Positions 24,451 through 35,000 of a stretch of 64,000 nucleotides of DNA are shown in pieces (position 1 is the stretch's first letter; the number at the start of each line of letters is the position of its first letter). This stretch comes from Amphiscolops sp. MND2022 (lineage: Eukaryota): assembly GCA_964187785.1 (NCBI GenBank), contig OZ076419.1, positions 31,186,001 through 31,250,000 of the forward strand. The letters are read 5' to 3'. The translations under genes and the position numbers were made by a program. The notes under the pieces were generated by a model. The model was not told where the DNA came from. It searched no databases and saw nothing but the letters and a program-made list of their open reading frames with translations.

Positions 24451-26667
24451 GTTACCTGACCAAAACAACACCGTACCAAGTTCTCAGGCGTCTAAATATT
24501 TGCTTCTTGCGAGCTTTGCAGACTCCTGGGCCTGAGAAGTTTAGCATCGGGTGTACAGAAACCCAGTAAAAATGTTCTACCAGGTCTATGAGATACGAGT
24601 TGTTAGATAAGTTCAAATTTTTAGGGCTTTTTTGGTTTCCTATTGAATTACGTGACGTCACTAGAGTATTGCCTTGAGTCTGCTGCAATTAAAAAGCATA
24701 TTGAATTTCTCCAATTGATGTTCAGTTACTCTGTTATCAAGTTTCACTGACTTTATTCTTAAATTTCTGAGAATGTTCGTTGTTCACACAGAAACTGTAC
24801 AAACAGAAATTAAAAAAGTTTCCATTCTCAATGTTTTCCCAACAGTTGAAAAATGACAGTAAATCAACTCAGTGCGGTTGCCAAAAACTTTGGTGGATTA
24901 ATTTTGATAGCACCTCGGGAAAATTGCGTGGATTTTCGTAGCGAGAAAAAAGTTTCTACATCTTTAGCGATCTTAAACGATTATTTCTGCATGAAGAAAA
25001 AATTCAAAATTTGAACAATATTTCAAAAATCTGTGAAAAAATTTTCCAATAAAAGAATAGAAGAAACCCTCATTTTCTAGCTTTCAACTTTTTGAAGCAG
25101 GAAATCGATTTAATATATTTACTGGAAAACAATATTTTCGATTTCTAGAAATGATTTGGATGAATTTTTGGCTTGTAAAAAGCTATTTCGAAAGAGGCTT
25201 CATGCGAAGCTACTAGTAGCGTTTCCATATAGTTTGCATGCCAATGTTCCATAGAATGTGAAGTTCAGTGACGCTTGTTGCTTCAAGAGGCGTCGCTCAA
25301 AGAAGTCGTCTGGCGCCTTTGTTTCACCACAGAAACATGGAAAGAAAAGCAGCATTTGCAGACAAAAGTAGAAAACATGCGTTAACAAATTAGAAAAACC
25401 ACCCGGTATTTTTTCAAACAAGCATTGATCTCAATCGTAATAATTATCCTACAATAATCATCACTGATGGTCGCAAAAATTGACGACTCCAGTTTCCGAA
25501 TAACTTTGTGTTCACATTTTTTCATCAACAAAACTTGAATAGACCGTGTTTTTCGCAAATATCCTCAAAATCTTTGTTTGTTATAGCTCGGAGCGATGAC
25601 TTCAAAGAAGAAAATGTGGTTTTGAACTTCATTAGAAAAGGGCGTGGCTTGGAAGTATGTTCATATCAAAAATTATCAATCAATTGTAACGCTTTAAATC
25701 TTTTAAATATATTTAAACCTATAATTTATTGCTTCCTTGTTCCCTTTGAAGAAATTGTCTCATAGATGAATGTGTTTTTCGAAGTGTATTCTTCGCGTTG
25801 ATCAGAACGTCGCCATAATTGTTTTGAAGATTATTCAACTGAAATTCAAACCGAAAAGTTACATTATGGTTTTTTTCAGAAGAATTCAAACCCCTAAGGT
25901 CTCGCTAATTGATCTCCTCGTATTTTTGTTTTTCAAAATGTAATTTCAATATGATTACTTTAGCATTTACTAACTTCAAAACGATCACGTTTCGTGGACT
26001 GCTGAAAAATTCTTCAGGGGGTAATAAAAAAGAGAGTCTATACACCATTGCAACTATAATATTAACGCGTCAACACTTTTCCCGACTGTATTTAACGCAC
26101 GAGGTCCTATTATTAAATAATTGATGCTTTCAAAAGTTAGAGGCTTTGTTTCAGATGGGCAACACAAAACATCAAAAAAAACAACAGAAAAAAAATGATT
26201 TTTTTTTCAGGAAATATGAACAAATTGCGCGATTTCCTACTGCAGCATTAATGAATCAGATGAAACGTTAGATTCAAAACTAATTTAAAACATCGAAAAA
26301 TTATTTTGGAAATTGATAGATAAGAATAAGTAAATATAGGCATATTAAGTATCATATGATAAAGTCGTTGTGAATTTATTATATCACGAATAATGTTTCC
26401 GGTAACACCACGAATATTTTAAACTACTAAACTAATACTACTTAACAATTACAAAACTGATCTTTTTTCAAATAGCCAGAAAAAGTTGCATACTTTTTGA
26501 GACTCATTTGTCTCTTGACAAAAAAATTGTTTGATTAGTTGTGGTTATGGTTTCCTGATAACATTTTCTGACCTCACCTGTGCATTGTACCTTCAGAGTT
26601 TGATTTTTCTAGCAAAACTGGCAACAGATTTTGGGATTTTGACCTTTAGCGAATGCAAAATTGACCT

Positions 26668-26669
<2 letters not shown>

Positions 26670-26712
<43 letters not shown>
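26670..26712. repeat. (TC)n microsatellite, ~21 units
   Basis: Pure TC run. Confidence 0.95.
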
Positions 26713-26714
<2 letters not shown>

Positions 26715-29700
26715 AATGACAGATACAATTCTCCGCCCCATTTTGAGTACTTTGAGACTGGAGAATTTTGGTAGCCACCTCTAGCTATTGAACAACTAGT
26801 GTGACTTTAGAATCATTCACAAGTATAAGCAACATCTTATTCAATAAATCTTTCCTCCTTCCGTCTTCTATCCCCTGAGAATGACAGGATGGGAAGTATA
26901 ATCCCCCGACCATGTAAAAAAGTATATGCTGCCAATATATACATATTTGGTTAAAAGAATGAACTAAACACCATGTAACGAAATGATGTTACAGTAAAAA
27001 TGTATTCAATGTTTAAAGTCACAAAACCGTGAAAATTATTTTAAAGTACAGTAGTCCAAAATACAAAAACCTTGCGTGATCAAAGTTTTTTGCAGAAGTT
27101 CAAAATACTGCTTAATCAGAACAATGAACGTTTTCCATCAAAATTCGTCTTAGTCATGATTTAATAGAACAATAACATTTTAAATGAATATTATCCTATT
27201 ATGCGACAAAAACACACAAACAGACCACAACACTCCAATAGTTCAAGATCGAACCCCAACGACCTCACCTATTTTTTGTCTATTATACATCGGCCAATAT
27301 TCCATTTGCGCATACCACTGAACAACTCTAAAGTGAACTTTGGAGAATGGTGTCTTTTACTTTCACCAGCGATAATGCTGCAGTGACCTGTAAAGCAATT
27401 TTGTGGGATACTTTGAATGACACTTTGAAGCACCAGCGAATTCTTTAGTTTCGCTTTGAAAAATATGCCGCCGCGGCAGGTTCATCGGAACTGCTAATTC
27501 TTCAAATGTCTGCTAGTTTAAGAGCGATAGTGTGCGAAGTGGCGGGAGTCGTACTTTTTTCTCGCTTTTTAGCAGCAGGTTTGAGCTAAAAGTGTGTGCT
27601 TGAACTCAACAAGCGGAGCCTCCGGCGCGCTGAAACGGAACAATGTTGAGAAAACTTTACCAAATAGTTTTCCACTTGAAGGTTTAAACCGCTACCGAGT
27701 TGCTAAAATTTGAAGGAAATAATTCAACTATAGTATTTGTTCACCACGCTCGAGAGTATATTTCATATAAAAGTATATATAAGATCTATAAAATATATCT
27801 CCCACAAAAAGCTTTGTCCGCCTTTTTCTAACATCTTCCCTGCTCCTCGATAATTGTCCATGGACGAAACCTCTTAGTTTGAAGCAGCATAATCTATTCT
27901 TGTGTTGCAGGCATTACTTTTTTATGGCCTTGCTCCGTTGTTTTGCCATCGCTTTCATAGCATTTTTTGGTGATACAAAATCTCTTAAGTTGGCAAAAGA
28001 CAGTTTAAAGTTCTCAATTTTCCCAAATTTTCCCAATAATAGTTTCACTGAGGTGGCATACTAAACAAGCAACCCACACTGTACGTGTAATATGCGTTTT
28101 GAATATCGCAGATCGATTTTCATCAGAATTTCGAGAAAATACTTATAAAAAGCGATTTCTGAAGTTTTCACTCGTTTTTCGTTTTTTTTTCTAAAAAGTG
28201 AAAGTAGTAATTGAACTTCTTTGATGCACCCGTGAAGAAGTGATCTTGCAGTGCTTGAAATTTAGTTAATTCCTTACCCGCGATCTCAGCTCCTCAAAAC
28301 TCGACACTTTGTCGTTCATGTTTTACAAGTTACACCAGTATACATGATGCAGTATATATAAAGAATAGTGCAGAAAAATTACATTTGGATGACAAATAAT
28401 CAGATATGGAAAACTGCAACAGAACTCAATAAGCATGTGGGAGTATGGCAACAAAATTCAAGGAAACCAATCAATGAATGGGTTTAGCAAAAAAGCAGAT
28501 TACCACAATTCCTTTTTCTACGTTAAGTCTTTCCCTTCATCTTGTACCTCTCATTGGCAAATGATTCAACCCCATCCCAGTCTCACTGCGATCTTACGAC
28601 CTTTACACGTGTATTTGCACCCCGCACTATGCACTATCTACCAGCGATGCACCTCGATCGATTGGTGTTATTACCAGTCAAATTAGCTGCTCTTCTTATT
28701 AACCCGGCTGTTAATCTGATCTGCTCAAAAACCAACAACATCTATCTAGTCATTGAGTCAGATCAGTTTCGAACTTGATTCTCAATCTGGGAGATAGAAT
28801 TTACATTTTCTCCTACCTACTTTAAAACACCTCCCTTCCATTCTCAGCATTTCTGCCTAATATATGTTTTTTTATTTTTGCTACATATTTTTTCAATGAG
28901 GCCGTTACTATGGTTGTGGAATGAAATTCAATGAAAAAGTCTTCAGCTGTTATATCAGAATCGCCCGTTTTACCTACTTTCTTCCACGTTTTTTGTTCTT
29001 GGCCTTGTTATTTTTCCATAGGCAACTGTTTGACTATTTGAAGGGAGCATCCGAGACTAGCTTCTCCGTTTTTTGTTCAGTATCTTTTTCTTCTTGGCAT
29101 CAGAAGATACAAAAGCAACAGCAGCAATATAAGCAAAGACCGCTGCGCTCTTCCCCAGTAAGACCCCCTCCCCAATTTACAGTAGTTCTTTGTCTTATAA
29201 GTGACGCACCTCTACACAAACATTTATTTTGGCACTATTTATTTTCACAATTGCAGTTGAACCTACAAAGAATTCAAATTACTTTTATTCCTTAATTCTT
29301 GAGACGTACGCGCTTCTTCCAACCATTATTATTGTTTAACAATATTTACCAGCAGCCGTATCTTTCCCCCATCTTTCTCTATCCCCCATCTTCCTCGGCG
29401 GCAGGTTACGGTAGTAGCAGTCATTGTAAAACTATATACAATACCTAACCCTTACTTATACTGCCATACTGCTTCAAAAAATAGGCTCTCGTCTCGGTGA
29501 GAACCTAACTTTCGACCATCTCAGCTCCAAGCTAGCTTTTCTCTCCAGCTAATTGCAGCAACCTTCAAAACAACAAACGATCACGTCATTCTAAAATGTT
29601 ACAAGGTAAGTACAATTCACAAAACAACAATATTATTGACCTCTGGAAAAAATAAAAACTGAGTACAATATTGGCAATTATCAAATTTTGATGCCTTGTA

Positions 29701-31760
29701 AAAGTATCAAAGTAACACCTGACCTTAAACCATCAAAAGACCCGATTTTATTTTATATCATTTGATTTTATTTAACATTTTTGGGCTGAATTTTAGGATC
29801 TTCAGACAACAAGGTTGGTGTCATTGATTTTCTGTCATCTTATTTCAATATCAGTCGGTCACGAAACTGTCACTAAACTGTCGCCATCTAACGGTTTCCC
29901 CGTTTTGTATAAATTTGTTACCATCCAAACTACAGCATAAATGGTATAATTTGTCCACGAATATTATTTTTTGGTTTTTTAATCATTTCTTTGGATTGTC
30001 ATTAAATTTTTGTTTCAAAGTGTATTTCACTTTGAAGATTGCTTCCAAGTTTTGATGGTTCGAAACTAAGATGAACAAATCCGTCAAAATGTATGCTATA
30101 GAATATGCTTCTCAAAGTAAAATTTTTGGATCTTCAAAACTTGGGAACAGTTGAATTTTCGGAATGTGAAAGAATTTCTCAACTTTGTTTGACTGCAGAG
30201 CATTGGTTTCTGAGATGAATGAAACAATTACGAGCTCGTCTTGAATTTATTTCACAAAAACGTTGAGCATATGCCGTCCAAATTTGAGTTATTCGTCCAT
30301 GTCAAGTGACAAATATTAGTTTTTCTTCTGTGTTGATATTATAACTTTGACACATAGTTAGTTTATTCCAAAAAAAATAGTTTTACGAGTGCTTTCACTT
30401 AACATAGTTCTCAAAATTGAGAACTGAAGTTTCGAGTGAATCAAAATCTTCCAGATCAAAACACTATAGAGTAGCTTGCTTCTCCTCATGGACAAAAAAT
30501 GCTTTCCAGTGCCTTTTTCTGGCGAAATGAAGCAGGAGCTCTGTCGCACTATCATGCCTCTAACCTGTACCACGCGAACTTTTTTGCAAACTTAGCTAAT
30601 GTATTATTAAGTTGTTCAACATCATCGCGTAGAGAAACAGTTCAAACCGTTTCAGCAATCCAATCTCAAAAACTACCTGGCAGCGATGAATAGTTAATGA
30701 CTTACACTCCGAACAATGAGGAAAGGCGATATAATTTATGAGGGGCTTTTGTATTTTCTGGAGAACGAATCCTGCTGGTTTTATCCGAACTATTTTAAAC
30801 CTTCTACTGCCCTTGAGGGTGTCAATCAAAAGCGTGATAAAAAGTGTCGGTTTGAACAAACTAGCATAATTTTTTGAAAAGATTTGTTCGATCTTTCATT
30901 CGTTTCTCATGGTGTTACGTCGTCACAATATTTCTGATAAAAAGGAGACTCATAATCTTTTTGAGTCTTAAAACTCAAAACTTTGAGAACTGAGATCACG
31001 TATAGAATCAGTACAAGGCCATGAAACCTCATTTTTTGATTATTTTTCAACTTAAGTTTTTTGGAACGTCTGCTTCTTATTTTAGGTTCATACTTAAGTA
31101 ACGAGAAAAAACTGACTTTTCCTATTTTTGCCCGCAAATTTTGCTTCAATTTTGTCAATTTTGCATATTCTAGCATTCTTCAGAGCCGGTTGCCCATTTC
31201 GTAAGTTCCATTCACTATGTTGCTGGAAGTTTTGTCTTGATTAGAATTTTCCCCGGCACCGAGCTAACTCTAATTTTCACTTAGAGTATCATTTACTCTT
31301 AGTCCTGAAGCTGCAATTTATAGGAGTTTTTGTAGTTCATGGACAACTTGTTACCATTGAATTCCAACCTTGAATTTTTCAAGTTAAAAAACCTCTAAAG
31401 TGTTGTTTTTCATCGACTTTAATTTTTTTCAAACAATGTATCTTGAAATTCTAGAAAAAAAACAATAAATCATGCACGTGACGAGAATTTTTTGCGCTGT
31501 TTTATTTCCGTTGTCACATCTATCATTGTGTTTGGAAAAAAAAACATTTTTTATTGAAGTTCTGAATTTTGAACCTATTTATGTTGTAACTGTTGCCAGG
31601 TACGATAGAATTGTTTAAAATTGCAATCACTTAGTTGAGTTTGAGATAAAGGGGCAAAGTTTTTGAATTTCGAGCGGCTTAGGAATGACAGTTTGAAATG
31701 AAAGAATGCTAGTGCAATTTTTTACAGGCTTCTGATAACTCGATCAGAGAGGAAGTCAGA

Positions 31761-31941
31761 TGTTATAGACTCGATAAAAAGTTTGAAGTAAGATGTTCAA
31801 GTTAAGAATGTGTAGGTAATGTAACATACAAAGTATCACTGTACTCAACGTAAAGTTTGCATCAAATGAATATAGTCTAGAGGACAATGTAAGTTCATTG
31901 GCAGGTATCTAATTACTGTTGTCTAGACTATTCTCTCTTCA
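31761..31941 (-). repeat. 3' LTR of the Gypsy element (181 bp)
   Basis: Direct repeat of 37422-37602, immediately preceded on the sense strand by the polypurine tract. Confidence 0.97.
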
Positions 31942-31954
31942 TTCCCCCCTCCTC
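31942..31954 (-). promoter_or_regulatory. Polypurine tract GAGGAGGGGGGAA
   Basis: 13-nt purine run abutting the 3' LTR on the sense strand. Confidence 0.92.
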
Positions 31955-32087
31955 GGGATTGGTGAGAGCGACCTCAATTCTCGCCGGGTTTCTTGTTAGT
32001 TCCCGTCTTTGTTGTGTTCTTTGGGCTGCGGCGGGAGACGTTGGCTTTTCCAATGTTCTTTGACTTTGGATCTAAATTCAGATTTTG

Positions 32088-35000
32088 TTAGAAATATTCT
32101 ATTCCTCCCATTTTTACTACTCTTTTTGCAGATTTTATTCTGTCTGATCTGCGGATCCCTTTTTCTACCACCTTGTTTTCTATATTTTCCCCCCCGTCTA
32201 AATTAAGTTCTACTACACCTCTATTTGGGGACGTGTGTATTTTTTGTGGCGACCCAGTAGGGGTGTTGTCGAAGTCCTTAGCAGTACGCTTTGTTTTCTC
32301 CGTGCTGCAGTCCACTGGTGGAGATATGGCGGGAGTTTCGTTCTCTCGAGTCTCTTCTATTGGTTTCACGGCATCGTCGTATTTAATTTCGGCTGTAATG
32401 GTTAGTTCCGGATCAATGTTTGCCGTGCTCGGTAATTCATCCGCGTGTGATGACTGGCTGTCGGATATTACCGTGATATCCGGTCGTGTTTCGGACCTTT
32501 CAATTGGCATTGTGGGGATGGTTTTATCTGCGCTCGTTGATTGTCCCTGTTGTTCGGAACGGATTCTTTTGTGGGTGTCACATAGATCATCGTGACTGAA
32601 TCGGCCGCATCTGGTGCATCTGTTGGTGGGTTTCCTCGGCTCTTCTGTTTTCTTTGCTGGCTGAAATTTAAAGGGGTTAGATGCTAGTTTTTTGTGGATA
32701 ACCTTTCCATCGGTTGTGGTTATCGTATGTTTAGTCTCATTAGCTGCGGTTAAAATTTTATTGGTTTTGAACCTGCATTTCATTGCATTGGGCTTGGTAT
32801 CCTTTTCAAAAAATTGGTAACTTTTAAAATTGTCTCTTACCGATCTACCCCTCTTCCTTGACTCGTTGAGGACCAAATAATCTGCGAGTTCCCCGTCGGA
32901 ATCGTGGACTGTAAAAACTTGTAGCTCCGCCGGTTGTGCTAAAAAATAATTGGTTAATGTTTTCTTCCAGTCCGCTAATAGGCAGGTGGGTTGTCCAATC
33001 AGATTGGTGATCGGTGTGCGTGGTTTTCGTCCGTGGTGTAATTGAAAGGGAGTCATTTTCAGTATGTTGTGTGGTGTTTGTCTAATTGTTTTAATTGCCC
33101 TTGCGACGCTTTCTTCAAAAGTTAGGCCGTCTTCTAAATTGGCTCTTGTTAATGACTTAATTGTGCGTATCGTTCTCTCGACCAATCCGTTTCCCGTATG
33201 TAAATTCGGGGTACACCTAATTCGTTTAATGTTTTCACCGTTGCAGTAATCTTTAAACTCGTTGCTTTTAAAACAGCTACCGTTGTCGGTGCGTATCGTT
33301 TTCGGTGTTCCGTTGTCGGTGCAGTATTTTGTTAAAAACTTTATTACGGTCCGAGAGTCCGTATTTTTGCAAATTTGTGCGGTTGGCCATTTGCTAAAAC
33401 GGTCGATGGCTACTAAAATGTAAATGTCTCCGCGCGATTTTGATTTGATTGGACCGGCGAAGTCCAATTGAATTTCTTGGCCGGGTTCGGTTAAAAGTTC
33501 GAGCCTATTTATTTCCGTTTGCGGTAATTGTGTTTTTAGATTCTTACCTGCTACTCGGCAACTGGGGCAGTTTTCTGCCTTTTCTCTAATGTCCCGATGT
33601 AGTCCCGGCCACCAAAATGCTTCTGCTGATTTGTCCATTTTGTTAATCGAGACATGGCCGCTGTGTAGCATGGCAATTATGGTTGACCGCATTGCTTCTG
33701 GGATGACTATTCTATCATTGTAGAATAGTAGTCCAAATCTGGTCTCCAGATGTTCACGGTGTGGTCGGTATGGGTAGAAGATACCGTCTCTTTTTCCAGC
33801 TTCTAGCGCGATAATTGCGTCAAGTATTTTAGTGTCCTGTGCAGTTTCCTCAACTAGTAGAGGTAAATCCATGGAAAAGTCTCTTTCGGCTCTTCTGATC
33901 GTTTCGGCTGTTTTCTCGTTTCGTTCTTCTGGCAGGACATTTCGCTTCGCTGTTTGTTTCAATCTGATAAGATTGATGCTCTCATGTTTTTTGAACTTTT
34001 TGAGGATATTTGTTGGGCACTTTTCGGTTTTTACGTGGCTAATCTGGCTTTCATTGTCTGACGAGGTGTTTATCCAAGACTCGTGTTGGTTTTCGTTAAA
34101 TTCCCTGAGTGGGGTGGTCCCGAGTTTCTCACAATGGTAAAAGAATCTATTGTAAATCAAGATGTTTAATTTCTCAATTTCTTTTCGGTCTTGTTGTGAA
34201 GGACGATATTCCAATATCCGCTCGTTGTCCTTGCCTTTTCCCACAATTCTGGTTCGATTTGGTTGAAGAAGTTTAAATCGTTCGGTCCGTAGACGGCTAG
34301 TTTCTGGGGAATGTCCCCGTTTTTTGAATATAAACTGTAAATCGATTCCGTTTACTTTATCCATCTTTGACATTTTCGGTGCTTGCGAATCAAGGTTTGA
34401 ATTGTTTGGTGAGTCAATATCTTTTTGCGGTGAGAAAGTTTGGATTGAATGTTCGCGGTCGTTTTGTTTGCGTATTTGCGTTCTGCGTTCTGATTGGTCG
34501 GAATTCTTTACCGGTGGTGGTCGTCGCATATGTTGCGTAATACTGCCGTTCGTACGATTGAACTCGAATAAGCCGTATATCTGATTGATTACGAATTCCT
34601 CTTCGGCTTCGCTTTCATCGCCTTCGTGTGGCGTTTCCGTTTCGTGTTCGTGTATGATCGGATGACGGCTTAAGTAATCTGTTAACGGAATGTTTTTACC
34701 TGCGGTGTATTGCACGTTGACATCGAAATGGCTCAATCGGTCAAGCCACCGTGTTAATCTTGCGCTGTATTGTTTGTGGGCCCTGTTTCGCTTTAGCAGT
34801 GGTTGTAGTGCCTGGTGGTCGGTCAAAAGGTTTACTTTTTTTCCGTAAACGTAATATCTGAAATATTCGAGGCCCCACAAGACGCCTAGCAATTCTAGTT
34901 CATTTATGGCATATTTTCGTTCACATTCGGTGAGAAATCGGCTGGCAAACGCCACCGGTCTGAATGTTTCATTTTCTTTCTGCCATAGGGTTGCCCCTAA

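Noticed and set aside
26531-26778. ORFs with SLSL/ERER runs
   Set aside because: They are products of the (TC)n microsatellite.
27243-27387. Possible minus-strand exons (HCSIIAGESKRHHSPKFTLELFS / GEVVGVRS*)
   Set aside because: The second acceptor lacks a pyrimidine tract and looks like a donor (AG|GTGAG); the model is ambiguous and the peptide unrecognised.
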